Below are positions 28,041 to 38,402 of a DNA stretch of 64,000 bases, piece after piece. Origin of the DNA: a virus. Taxonomy: Duplodnaviria; Caudoviricetes. The notes beneath the pieces are model-generated. The model made no database searches, was not told the origin of the DNA, and saw nothing but the letters and a program-made list of their open reading frames with translations. Made by a program: the position numbers and the translations under genes. The stretch's first letter is position 1, and each line of letters starts with the position of its first letter. Location of the stretch: positions 1 to 64,000 of IMG/VR virus record IMGVR_UViG_3300032292_000618; one strand, given 5' to 3'.

Positions 28041-30008
28041 ATGAAAGAATACATTGTATCTCTAGCATCTCATGAAGAGTTGGAGCAATTTTATGATGAT
28101 ATGGAAACTCCAGGAGGGACAGAATTTGTTCCAGAGAGAGAAGTTGAATGTTCATTAAGAAGACCAATTAGTAGAAATACTCATTATAATCTTACTGAAA
28201 CTGAAGTAAAAAAATTAAAAGAAGATGACAGAGTTCTTGACATATGCCCAGCATCTATATTAACAGATATCGTTAGAAAACCTGTATATACTCAAACATC
28301 AACTGAGTGGAATAAAAGTGCTGGCTCAGGAACTAACCAAAAAAACTGGTCTCTTTTAAGATGTGTAGAGGGGGATCAAAGAAGTAATTGGGGAAGTAAT
28401 GGAACTACCCAAGTATCAGGAACAATTAATTTAACTAGTTCTGGAAGGAACGTAGATTTTATTTTAGTTGATGGACACATAGATCCAAATCATCCAGAGT
28501 TTGCTAAAAACCCAGATGGAACTGGTGGAACTAGAGTTAACCAGTTTAATTGGTATTCATTAACTTCTTTAGTTACTGGAGGTGCAAATGGTACTTATGT
28601 GTATACTCCATACACTAATGTTGCAAATCAAGCACTAACTGCTGATAATAATCATGGGATGCATGTTGCAGGATCTGTAGCTGGAAATACTCAAGGGTGG
28701 GCAAGAGATGTAAACATTTATAATATAAATCCTTATGTTTCAAGTTTAAATTCTTTAGCATCAGGGACCACTTATATCTTTGATTATATTAGAGCCTTCC
28801 ATAACACTAAATCAATAAATCCAGCATTAGGCATAAAAAACCCTACAATTTGCAATAATAGTTGGGCAGCATTTTATCAAGTACCTAGATCATCCATAAC
28901 AAATATCAATTGGAGAGGAACTAGTTATACTTCATCATTTACTGATGGATTATTTAATTCAGTTGGACTTAGATATTATGATGCAACTAATGTGTACATT
29001 CCAGCTTTGATAACTGCTTTAATTGTAGATGTAGAAGATACCATAGCAGATGGAGTCATATTTGTTGGAGCTTGTGGAAATGACTCAACAAAAATAGATA
29101 TTCCTGGAGGAGCAGACTATAATAATACTATAACTTGGTCTGGATTTATTATGAATTATAGTAGAGGAAATTATGTAACATCTTCAGGAAATTCTATATG
29201 CGTTGGTGCAGTAAGTGCACTAGTTAATGAATCTAAGGCAACATTTAGTAATTGTGGTCCAAGAGTTAATGTTTATGCTCCTGGAGATAATATCATTTCC
29301 TGTCTTCATAATGGAGTAGTTTATGGTGGATCTATTACTACAGTAAATGATCCTAGAGATTCTGCATATAAACTGGGAAAATATGATGGAACTAGCATGG
29401 CATCTCCACAAGTATGTGGAGTGCTTGCATCTGTACTAGAGCAATATCCAAGAATGAAGCAATCTGATGCAGTTGATTATATAGAATATTATGCAAAATC
29501 AAATCAAATCACTGAAACAGGGAGAAATACATTTACTTGGGATGTGACCAATGATGGAACTAGTAACTATGTGTTTTCTGGATATAGTTCTGGCAATGAT
29601 ATTTCCATAACTGCTCAAGAAGGATCAATCCTTGTCTTTAATGTAAATGCTCCAGGGCATCCTTTTTGGATTAAAACAGCACAAGTTACTGGAACTTCAA
29701 GTGCAGTTACTACTGGAACCATAACGGGAAATGGAAGTGAATCCGATACAGTAACATGGAATACATATGGAGTAAAACCCGGAACTTATTATTATATCTG
29801 CCAGTTCCATTCCACTATGTCTGGAACAATTACTATCACTGCAGCATATACTGACGACACTTCACTTCAAGGATCAGATAATAAGTTTGTATTTTTTCAA
29901 AAAGACAGAAATGATTCTGGAGTTCTTCAACCAAGACCAACTTTTAAAAGTAGAAGTGTCTCTGGACAAGTTTGGCCAAGACAGCAAACTTTATATTATA
30001 AAAAATAA
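28041..30008 (+). CDS. S8 subtilisin-like serine protease with inserted cupredoxin-like domain
   Basis: Asp (LVDG), His (HGMHVAG), oxyanion Asn (ACGND), Ser (GTSMASPQV); GHPF...YYYICQFHSTM copper-ligand motif. Confidence 0.85.
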   Translation: MKEYIVSLASHEELEQFYDDMETPGGTEFVPEREVECSLRRPISRNTHYNLTETEVKKLKEDDRVLDICPASILTDIVRKPVYTQTSTEWNKSAGSGTNQKNWSLLRCVEGDQRSNWGSNGTTQVSGTINLTSSGRNVDFILVDGHIDPNHPEFAKNPDGTGGTRVNQFNWYSLTSLVTGGANGTYVYTPYTNVANQALTADNNHGMHVAGSVAGNTQGWARDVNIYNINPYVSSLNSLASGTTYIFDYIRAFHNTKSINPALGIKNPTICNNSWAAFYQVPRSSITNINWRGTSYTSSFTDGLFNSVGLRYYDATNVYIPALITALIVDVEDTIADGVIFVGACGNDSTKIDIPGGADYNNTITWSGFIMNYSRGNYVTSSGNSICVGAVSALVNESKATFSNCGPRVNVYAPGDNIISCLHNGVVYGGSITTVNDPRDSAYKLGKYDGTSMASPQVCGVLASVLEQYPRMKQSDAVDYIEYYAKSNQITETGRNTFTWDVTNDGTSNYVFSGYSSGNDISITAQEGSILVFNVNAPGHPFWIKTAQVTGTSSAVTTGTITGNGSESDTVTWNTYGVKPGTYYYICQFHSTMSGTITITAAYTDDTSLQGSDNKFVFFQKDRNDSGVLQPRPTFKSRSVSGQVWPRQQTLYYKK

Positions 30009-30041
30009 ATTATTAAATACACATAGTTAGGAATTTTTAAA

Positions 30042-30896
30042 ATGCTTGGTAATTATTTTTATCATAACTCAATCAGCAAAACAGTTGTTGCATTTGGCAC
30101 TCTCTTTAATAATATTCAAGTGAGGCATAATGATGACGCTGGCAATCCTGTTTCTGCAATGAAAGTTCCATTAGCATATGGACCAATTCAAAAGTTTCTA
30201 GCTAGATTGGAGCAAAATCCTTCTGGAGATAGAAAAATAGCTACTACATTACCAAGAATGTCATTTGAAATGGTTTCTATAGATTATGATCCTACTAGAA
30301 AGTCTGCTGCAATACAATCATTTAGAACTTCATTATCCACAGAAGGATCTCAAATGAGAAAGGTTTTTATGCCAGTTCCATATAATATTGGATTTGAGCT
30401 AAACATTATTGCAAAAATTCAAGACGATGTTTTGCAAATAATAGAGCAAATACTGCCATATTTTCAACCATCTTTTAATGTGACAGTTAATATGATTCCT
30501 GAAATTAATGAGAAAAGAGATATTCCTGTAGTATTGAATAGAATTGGATTTAGAGATGATTATGAAAATGATTATACAACTAGAAGGATTATAAATTATA
30601 CATTAAACTTTACTGCAAAAACATATCTATTCAATGAAATTCCTAGTGATGATCAAGGACTTATTAAAAAAGTTCAAGTTGATTATGCTACTGATGCAAT
30701 TAAAAATGCCAAGAGAGAAGTTAGATATGTTGCTACTCCAAAGGCATTAGAAGATTATAATGATGATGGAATTATAGATTCTGTTGATGATGAACTAATT
30801 CCATTTGGCGATGATTTTGGATTCAATGAAACTAAAGAAGAATTTCAAGACTTTAAGACATTTAGCACTTCCCAAGGAACTGATGTGGAGCCTTAA
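30042..30896 (+). CDS. gp15: Tail sheath stabiliser / tail terminator gp15
   Basis: YFY......VVAFGTLFN, VPLAYGP, LPRMSFE, QIIEQILPYFQP. Confidence 0.92.
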   Translation: MLGNYFYHNSISKTVVAFGTLFNNIQVRHNDDAGNPVSAMKVPLAYGPIQKFLARLEQNPSGDRKIATTLPRMSFEMVSIDYDPTRKSAAIQSFRTSLSTEGSQMRKVFMPVPYNIGFELNIIAKIQDDVLQIIEQILPYFQPSFNVTVNMIPEINEKRDIPVVLNRIGFRDDYENDYTTRRIINYTLNFTAKTYLFNEIPSDDQGLIKKVQVDYATDAIKNAKREVRYVATPKALEDYNDDGIIDSVDDELIPFGDDFGFNETKEEFQDFKTFSTSQGTDVEP

Positions 30897-30899
30897 TTT

Positions 30900-31310
30900 A
30901 TGACTGAAAATTTTAGTGAAATAGAAGAATCATTGAATATAGAAACAAAAATTGTTTCTGTGGAACCATGTGATGTAAAAAAACAAGAAATTCCAGATGA
31001 TCCCCAAAAGGATTATGAATATACTAGAGCAAATCTTTATAGTTTAATAAGTAAAGGTCAAGAAGCAATTGATGGCATACTAGAGCTTGCTCAACAATCA
31101 AATCATCCAAGAGCATATGAAGTTGCTGGCCAACTTATTAAATCAGTTGGGGATGTTAATGATAAATTGATGGACCTTCAAAAGAAGATGAAAGATCTAG
31201 ATTCTCCCCAAAAAGGACCCACTACAGTCAATAATTCTTTATTTGTTGGATCTACAGCAGAGTTATCTAAACTTATAAAGCAAGGACTTCTAAATACTAA
31301 AGAGGAATAA
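30900..31310 (+). CDS. gp16: Terminase small subunit gp16
   Basis: DYEY.R.NL, HPRAYEV, NNSLFVGSTAEL. Confidence 0.92.
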   Translation: MTENFSEIEESLNIETKIVSVEPCDVKKQEIPDDPQKDYEYTRANLYSLISKGQEAIDGILELAQQSNHPRAYEVAGQLIKSVGDVNDKLMDLQKKMKDLDSPQKGPTTVNNSLFVGSTAELSKLIKQGLLNTKEE

Positions 31311-31318
31311 TACTTAAT

Positions 31319-32458
31319 ATGAAAGATCCAAAAGGTCCTACAAAACCATATAGATCCCCAGAGGAAATTTCTAAAAAGCATAAAGTGCCCTTAGATAAAA
31401 TTATTAAGCAAGTGCGCATAGGGACTAAAATTGAAGGCGAGCATACCACTAGTAAGAGTGGAGCAAGAATAACAGCATTACAGCATGTAGATGAATTGCC
31501 AGATTATTATACAAGACTTAAAAAAGTAGAAAAACAGAAACCCATGAAAGAAGAAACTACTCCAGAAGAGCAATACGAAAAAGATACAAAATATTGTCTT
31601 CTTTGTAGAAAAAATGAGAAGAGAGAAGAATGTTCATGGGGTCCTTCTATGTGGGACAAATATAGTATTGCAAAACTCCATCCAGCAAATGAATCAAAGA
31701 TTCATGAGGATCATAAAGAAATTGCTTCTGGAAAGAAGAAAGATGACGAAGGATATATGGCAAGAGTTGAGTTTGATCAAATTGAAAGATCAATTGATAT
31801 TCTAAGAAAATTAGTTAAGAGGGGAGATCAACAACTTCCTGCTTGGGTTCAATCCAAGATTACTAGAGCAGCAGACTTTATTGATACTGCAGCAGAATAT
31901 ATGTCTAGTGATGAAGATGTTTCTGAAGGATGGAAACCTCTTCCAAAAGAAAAAATGTTTAATAAAATTAGAGAAAAAGATAGAATTAGAAGTTCTTCAG
32001 AATCAAAACCATCTGATACTAGAATAACAAAAAAAGAACCTATCAGCAATGTTTCTGGAAAAGATAGAATATCTAGAGAAGTGAAGTTGCAAAAACAATC
32101 TAATATGATGAATCTTGCGTTAAAAAATCCAGATGGGTATAGATCAAAAGGTTCTTCTCCTTTACCAAGAACAAAAACAGAACAAAAAAACTTCAATCAA
32201 TTTATGATTGAAGTTGCAGCATGGCAAAAAAAGGAAGGTAAGAATAGAGAAGGTGGATTAAATGAGAAAGGAAGAAAATCCTATGAAAATGAAAATCCAG
32301 GATCAGATCTTAAGGCACCTTCAAAGAAAGTTGGTAATCCTCGTAGAGCATCATTCTGTGCTCGTATGTCAGGGATGAAGAGAAAGTTAACTAGTGCAAA
32401 GACTGCTAGAGATCCAGATAGCAGAATCAATAAGTCCCTTAGAGCTTGGAACTGCTGA
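31319..32458 (+). CDS. Charged modular late protein, probable internal head (poly)protein
   Basis: CTAAATA late box at 31290-31296; modules separated by E-ending motifs; internal KNFNQFMIE. Confidence 0.65.
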   Translation: MKDPKGPTKPYRSPEEISKKHKVPLDKIIKQVRIGTKIEGEHTTSKSGARITALQHVDELPDYYTRLKKVEKQKPMKEETTPEEQYEKDTKYCLLCRKNEKREECSWGPSMWDKYSIAKLHPANESKIHEDHKEIASGKKKDDEGYMARVEFDQIERSIDILRKLVKRGDQQLPAWVQSKITRAADFIDTAAEYMSSDEDVSEGWKPLPKEKMFNKIREKDRIRSSSESKPSDTRITKKEPISNVSGKDRISREVKLQKQSNMMNLALKNPDGYRSKGSSPLPRTKTEQKNFNQFMIEVAAWQKKEGKNREGGLNEKGRKSYENENPGSDLKAPSKKVGNPRRASFCARMSGMKRKLTSAKTARDPDSRINKSLRAWNC

Positions 32459-32460
32459 TC

Positions 32461-32775
32461 ATGAAAAGTTACAAACAGTTTATTTCAGAAAGCATTACTA
32501 TTCAAGGTGACTTTAATGGAACTTTGAACATTGGATCTCAACCAACTCAACAAAAAGTTGGAGAAGAATTTGCTGTAGATTTTGTTTGGCAAGGTAGCAT
32601 CTACAGAGTGGAAATGGTAACTAATGATAGAATCCCATCAAAGAATGAATTAACAGAGCATCTCCAGAATGAATATCCTGGTGCAATCATTCATCACATT
32701 TATCCTGCAACTCCTAAATCATCAAACATTACAAAGGTAAATAGGTATCATCCAGCAAAATTAGAGTGGATTTAA
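32461..32775 (+). CDS. Probable internal head protein
   Basis: Starts MKSYKQFISE, matching the T4 capsid-targeting sequence (MKTYQEFIAE). Confidence 0.7.
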   Translation: MKSYKQFISESITIQGDFNGTLNIGSQPTQQKVGEEFAVDFVWQGSIYRVEMVTNDRIPSKNELTEHLQNEYPGAIIHHIYPATPKSSNITKVNRYHPAKLEWI

Positions 32776-32778
32776 TTT

Positions 32779-34521
32779 ATGGCTATTTGGAATAAAATTG
32801 ATCAAGATTATTTAAATCAGGAAAGATCTCTATTTGAAGTTTATAATGTAGCAACTAAAGATGGTAATCAGGTTTCTTTTGAGAACCCATTTCCAGTATC
32901 TCTTGGAAGTTCAAGTATTACAATTAATGGAAGCATTACAATTCCAACAACTGTAAGTGTTGCAAGTTCTGCTGCAAATCCAGTTCATACTCATATTACT
33001 CAAATTGGTTCAAGTGGTCTTTTAGAAGACGAAGGTATTCCATATATGCCTATTGGTATTGGAACTGCACAAAATCTAAATCTTTCATATCTTCCAGTTG
33101 GCATTTCCACATTACTGAATACTGTATCAATCTCAAATACAAGTTTTTATGTCTTAAATCCTGTTACAACAGTCGCAGTATCAGGTATTGGTTCTACTGT
33201 TACAGTTCAAGGGACAGTAGGAATTGGAACAACGGGGCAAGTATCAATCAACCTCAACAATTCACCAGTCAGCACCACAAATCCATTTCCTGTTACTGGA
33301 ACTGTTGATATTGAATTACCACCAATAGCAACTGATGCATTTGGAAGATTAAGAACTTCAACTCCACTTACACTTTTTGATAGTTCCCACAGATACAGAG
33401 ACAATAATCTTTGGAGTAGTTTAGTTGTAGGAACTGGTTCAACAGTTGGATTTGTAACAGCACAAGGTTTAGTCAATATTAGTATAGGAACTACTGCTGG
33501 ATGTTCTGTGATTAGGGAAACCACAAAAGTATTCTCTTATCAACCAGGAAAATCATTACAGGTATTGAATACATTTGTAATGAACCCAGCAAAAGCAAAT
33601 CTTCGTCAAAGAGTAGGATACTTTGGTGCAGATAATGGAATGTATCTGGAACTTGATGGAAGCACTTTATATTTTGCGGAAAGAAGTTTATCTACTGGAA
33701 CAACAACACAAATTTCGCAACATAACTGGAATATTGATACGATGCTTGGTGCAGGACATCTCAATCCATCTGGTGTTACATTAGATATTTCCAAAGCACA
33801 AATTTTGTGGATGGATATTGAATGGTTAGGACTTGGAACAGTAAGAATGGGTTTTGTAATTGATGGAAAATTTATTCACTGCCATTCATTCCACCACGCA
33901 AACTTAATTACATCAACTTATATTACAACAGCATCATTACCTTTGAGATATGAGATTGCAAATACTGGAATTACAACAAGTTCAAGCACACTGAAACAAG
34001 TTTGTTCTAGTGTAATTTCAGAGGGTGGTTATGAACTTCGTGGAATACAGCAGGCAGTAGGAACACCAGTCCAAACACCAGTTGATTTAACAACAGCAGG
34101 AACTTATTATACAGTTGTATCAATTCGTCTTAAAGCAACACCAAATAGATTAGATGCAATTGTAATTATGACTGCACTTTCTATTCTAGGCATTACAAAT
34201 AATGCAACTTATAACTGGCAAGTAAGAGCATCTGGAGCATCTAGTGGTGCAACTTGGACTGATGCTGGTGTTGATAGTGCTGTTGAATATAAGATTGGTG
34301 AGGGAACTTATACTGGCGGAAGAATACTAGCATCTGGATATGCATATGGTTCTAATCAAGGTTCAACATCCATAGATATTCTTAAAGAGGCATTATTTAA
34401 GTTTCAGTTGGAAAGGGATGCATTAACAGGAACACCTTATGAACTTTCTATTGTATGTGCTTCTAGTGCTAATGGTGCAGATATTCATGCATCAATGGAC
34501 TGGGAAGAGATTAGTAGGTAA
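32779..34521 (+). CDS. Virion structural protein (Ser/Thr/Gly-rich stalk plus lectin-like beta domain)
   Basis: DAFGRLR.S.P.TLFD, YQPGKS, DIEWLG.G.VR.GF motifs; NPFPV repeats; GTAAATA late box upstream. Confidence 0.65.
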   Translation: MAIWNKIDQDYLNQERSLFEVYNVATKDGNQVSFENPFPVSLGSSSITINGSITIPTTVSVASSAANPVHTHITQIGSSGLLEDEGIPYMPIGIGTAQNLNLSYLPVGISTLLNTVSISNTSFYVLNPVTTVAVSGIGSTVTVQGTVGIGTTGQVSINLNNSPVSTTNPFPVTGTVDIELPPIATDAFGRLRTSTPLTLFDSSHRYRDNNLWSSLVVGTGSTVGFVTAQGLVNISIGTTAGCSVIRETTKVFSYQPGKSLQVLNTFVMNPAKANLRQRVGYFGADNGMYLELDGSTLYFAERSLSTGTTTQISQHNWNIDTMLGAGHLNPSGVTLDISKAQILWMDIEWLGLGTVRMGFVIDGKFIHCHSFHHANLITSTYITTASLPLRYEIANTGITTSSSTLKQVCSSVISEGGYELRGIQQAVGTPVQTPVDLTTAGTYYTVVSIRLKATPNRLDAIVIMTALSILGITNNATYNWQVRASGASSGATWTDAGVDSAVEYKIGEGTYTGGRILASGYAYGSNQGSTSIDILKEALFKFQLERDALTGTPYELSIVCASSANGADIHASMDWEEISR

Positions 34522-34523
34522 TT

Positions 34524-36173
34524 ATGGCTGATAATATTTACTTAGGTAATCCCCTTTTAAAAAAGGCAAATACCTCAATTGATTTTTCACAAGAACAAAT
34601 TATTGAATTTGTTAAGTGTAAGAATGACCCTGTTTACTTTGCAAAAAATTATGTTCAAATTGTTACACTAGATCATGGACTACAACTTTTTAAACCTTAC
34701 GATTTTCAAGAGAAGTTAATTAAAAACTTCCATGATCACAGATTCAATATTTGTAAGATGCCTCGTCAAACAGGTAAATCTACAACTGTTGTTTCTTATC
34801 TTTTACATTATGCAATTTTTAATGATAATGTAAATATTGCAATTCTGGCTAACAAAGCATCAACTGCAAGAGATTTGCTCAATAGATTGCAAACTGCATA
34901 TGAAAATTTACCTAAATGGTTACAACAGGGAATTTTAGCATGGAATAAAGGTTCTATGGAATTGGAAAATGGATCAAAGATATTGGCTGCTTCTACATCT
35001 GCATCTGCTGTTCGTGGTGGATCCTATAATATCATATTTCTTGATGAGTTCGCATTTATTCCAAACCATATTGCAGACCAATTCTTTGCCTCTGTTTATC
35101 CTACTATCTCGTCTGGTACAAAAACTAAAGTAATTATGGTTTCAACCCCTCATGGGATGAATCATTTTTATAGATATTGGCATGATGCTGAAAGAGGCAA
35201 AAACCAATATGTAGCAACAGAAGTTCATTGGTCAGAAGTTCCAGGAAGAGATACTGAATGGAAAAAGCAAACTATTGCAAACACCAGTGAACAACAATTT
35301 AAAGTAGAATTTGAATGTGAATTTTTAGGATCAGTAGATACTTTAATTGCGCCAAGTAAATTAAAAAGTCTAGTATATGATGATCCAATAAAAAGAAGTA
35401 AAGGATTAGATGTTTATCAAGAATATAAAGATGGACACGATTATTTAATTACTGTCGATGTTGCCAGAGGAGTTGGTGGTGACTATTCTGCTTTTGTAGT
35501 ATATGACATAACTGAGTTTCCACATATTATAGTAGCAAAATATAGGAATAATGAAATTAAACCTATGATTTTCCCAAACATTATTCATGAGGTTGCAAAG
35601 GCATATAATAGTGCATTTATTTTATGTGAGGTGAATGATGTTGGTGATCAAGTAGCAGCAATCATTCAATATGATTTAGAGTACCAAAATCTTCTTATGT
35701 GTTCCATGAGAGGTAGAGCTGGTCAAATTGTTGGGCAAGGTTTTTCTGGAAAGAAAACTCAACTTGGACTTAAGATGTCTAAGACAGTTAAGAAAGTTGG
35801 ATGTCTTAATTTGAAGACAATGATTGAGGAAGACAAACTTATATTCAATGATTATGAAATTATTAGTGAGCTGACAACTTTTATACAAAAACATAACTCA
35901 TTTGAAGCAGAAGAAGGTTGTAATGATGACCTCGCTATGTGTTTGGTAATCTATGCTTGGTTAGTTGCTCAAGATTATTTTAAAGAACTCACTGAGCAGG
36001 ATGTAAGAAAAAGACTATATGAAGAACAAAAGAATCAAATAGAACAAGATATGTCTCCATTTGGGTTTATTGTTGATGGAACAGAAAGAAGTGCAGTAGA
36101 AATAGACTCTGAAGGAGATGTTTGGCACACTGATGAGTATGGAGATATGTCATATATGTGGGACTACAGGTAA
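34524..36173 (+). CDS. gp17: Terminase large subunit gp17
   Basis: PRQTGKST Walker A, FLDEFAF Walker B, STP.G.NHFY, DDLAM nuclease motif. Confidence 0.96.
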   Translation: MADNIYLGNPLLKKANTSIDFSQEQIIEFVKCKNDPVYFAKNYVQIVTLDHGLQLFKPYDFQEKLIKNFHDHRFNICKMPRQTGKSTTVVSYLLHYAIFNDNVNIAILANKASTARDLLNRLQTAYENLPKWLQQGILAWNKGSMELENGSKILAASTSASAVRGGSYNIIFLDEFAFIPNHIADQFFASVYPTISSGTKTKVIMVSTPHGMNHFYRYWHDAERGKNQYVATEVHWSEVPGRDTEWKKQTIANTSEQQFKVEFECEFLGSVDTLIAPSKLKSLVYDDPIKRSKGLDVYQEYKDGHDYLITVDVARGVGGDYSAFVVYDITEFPHIIVAKYRNNEIKPMIFPNIIHEVAKAYNSAFILCEVNDVGDQVAAIIQYDLEYQNLLMCSMRGRAGQIVGQGFSGKKTQLGLKMSKTVKKVGCLNLKTMIEEDKLIFNDYEIISELTTFIQKHNSFEAEEGCNDDLAMCLVIYAWLVAQDYFKELTEQDVRKRLYEEQKNQIEQDMSPFGFIVDGTERSAVEIDSEGDVWHTDEYGDMSYMWDYR

Positions 36174-36184
36174 ACTTAGAAATT

Positions 36185-36192
36185 TATAAATA
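36185..36192 (+). promoter_or_regulatory. Late promoter for gp18
   Basis: TATAAATA (T4 late consensus). Confidence 0.75.
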
Positions 36193-36228
36193 CTTTTAGA
36201 GCAAAACTGAAGCATTAGAGGAGTCAAA

Positions 36229-38382
36229 ATGGCTTTAAGCTTATCATCTCCAGGGATTAGCGTAAGGGAAGTAGATTTAACTAGAGGTGGTATTCAAAAT
36301 ACCTCTTCAATATCTGCAGGAATTGCAGCACCTTTCGCGAAAGGACCTGTTAATCAGATTATTACTATTAGAAATGAAGATGAATTAAAAAGAGTTTTTG
36401 GAACTCCATCTATCAACAATTATCATTATGAGTATTGGTATTCAGCATCAAACTTCCTGTCATATGGAGGAAGTTTACAAGTAGTAAGATGTAATGGAAC
36501 TGATCTCAAAAATGCTAATGCTGGTGTTGGAGTAGGTTCAACAGCACTCAAAATTGAAAATTATGATGTTTATAAAGAAACTTATGAAAATTCAACAGCA
36601 TTCTATTGGGCAGCAAGAGAACCTGGATATTGGGCAGAAGAGTTAAAAGTTTGTGTTATTGACTATCTTGCAGACCAAACTCTTTCTGGAATCAATACTA
36701 CTGGAGTTAGTGTTGGATATGGAGTTACTCAAACATTAACTGGAACTATTGCTGGAGTTGGAACAACTTCAGTAGCATCTGGATTCTTAAAGGGAATCAT
36801 TACTGGGGTAGGTTCTTCAGAACTTTATGTTAGAGTAGTTTCTAAAGTTGTTGGTGGTGTAGAGACTACTCAAAACTATACAGAAAATAGTTCTTATTCA
36901 TTCACAGCAGCATCTTTAAATGTAGTTAATAATGCTGGGACCACAGCATCAACAGCAACTCCTTCTAGGGTCAATGATTGGTACAATAGTCAAAATATCC
37001 TAGACATTGCAAAAGGTGATTCAGCAACTATTCCATGGAAGAGTATTGCTCCAAAACCAACCACTAATGCTTATGTGACAGAAAGAGGTGGTTCTAATGA
37101 TGCAATGCATATTGTTGTTATTGATAGCAAAAAGTCAGGAAACATTTCAGGAACATCTCAAACTATTCTTGAGAAGTTTGTAAACCTATCAAAAGCTACA
37201 GATGCTACAATTTCTCCATCAACTAAAATTTATTATAGAGATTATATTGGATTAAATTCCAGATACATTTTTGCAGGTAAATCTCTTGGAAATGCTACAG
37301 ATTCTTACTGGGGCATAGATCCAGTTGCAGTTAAATTCTCATCAGCATTTACTGTACAATCAGAAACTGCAGGATATTGGGGAGTAGAATCAGAAAATAC
37401 TACATTTAACTCAATTGGCAATGCTTCATTTACTTTAAGTAATGGTAAAGATTATAATGGAGCAGAAGGAGGGTTCTTAGTATCACTATCAGATCTTACT
37501 ACAGCATATGATAGATTTGCTAATGATGCTGAAGTAGATATTACTTATTTACTTCAAGGTGGAGCTTCTTTAAGTAAGGAAGAAGAGCAAGCTAAAGCTA
37601 ACAAACTGATTAGTATTGCAGAGACTAGAAAAGATTGTATTGCATTTATTTCTCCATCAAGAGGCACTGTTGTAAATGTTGTCCCACAATCTACTCAACT
37701 TGATAATGTTCTTTCATTCTTCAGTCCACTATCATCCTCATCATATGCAGTATTTGACAGTGGATATCAATATGTTTATGACAGATTTAATCAACAGTTT
37801 GTCTACATCCCATGTTCATCTGACATTGCAGGACTGTGTGTTAGAACTGATCTAAATCAATTCCCCTGGTATTCTCCAGCAGGAAAAACTAGAGGTTCTC
37901 TGAAATTTACAATTAAATTAGCATACAACCCAGGTCAATCCGATAGAGATGAGCTATATGCTCAAAGAATTAATCCTATCATTTCTTCTCCAGGATCTGG
38001 AATTATCCTATTTGGAGATAAAACTGCACTATCTTATCAATCCGCATTTGATAGAATCAATGTTAGAAAACTCTTTATTGCTATTGAACAAGCAGTAGAA
38101 TCTGCTGCAGATGATCAATTATTTGAATTTAATGATGCAACCACAAGAGCAAACTTCATTAACATTGTTGAACCATACTTAAGAGATGTACAAGTTAAGA
38201 GAGGAATTAGTGATTACTTGTTAATTTGTGATGAATCAAATAACACTCCAGATGTAATTGATAGAAATGAATTTATTGCTGATATTTATGTGAAACCTGC
38301 AAGATCAATTAACTTTATTGGTCTTACATTTGTTGCCACCAGAACTGGGGTTTCATTTGAGACAGTTGTAGGTACAGTTTAA
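36229..38382 (+). CDS. gp18: Tail sheath protein gp18
   Basis: SPGI.VREVDLT, PWYSPAG..RG, FDRINVR.LF, IYVKPARSINFI. Confidence 0.96.
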   Translation: MALSLSSPGISVREVDLTRGGIQNTSSISAGIAAPFAKGPVNQIITIRNEDELKRVFGTPSINNYHYEYWYSASNFLSYGGSLQVVRCNGTDLKNANAGVGVGSTALKIENYDVYKETYENSTAFYWAAREPGYWAEELKVCVIDYLADQTLSGINTTGVSVGYGVTQTLTGTIAGVGTTSVASGFLKGIITGVGSSELYVRVVSKVVGGVETTQNYTENSSYSFTAASLNVVNNAGTTASTATPSRVNDWYNSQNILDIAKGDSATIPWKSIAPKPTTNAYVTERGGSNDAMHIVVIDSKKSGNISGTSQTILEKFVNLSKATDATISPSTKIYYRDYIGLNSRYIFAGKSLGNATDSYWGIDPVAVKFSSAFTVQSETAGYWGVESENTTFNSIGNASFTLSNGKDYNGAEGGFLVSLSDLTTAYDRFANDAEVDITYLLQGGASLSKEEEQAKANKLISIAETRKDCIAFISPSRGTVVNVVPQSTQLDNVLSFFSPLSSSSYAVFDSGYQYVYDRFNQQFVYIPCSSDIAGLCVRTDLNQFPWYSPAGKTRGSLKFTIKLAYNPGQSDRDELYAQRINPIISSPGSGIILFGDKTALSYQSAFDRINVRKLFIAIEQAVESAADDQLFEFNDATTRANFINIVEPYLRDVQVKRGISDYLLICDESNNTPDVIDRNEFIADIYVKPARSINFIGLTFVATRTGVSFETVVGTV

Positions 38383-38402
38383 TTTAAATCGGAGAAACTA
38401 AC

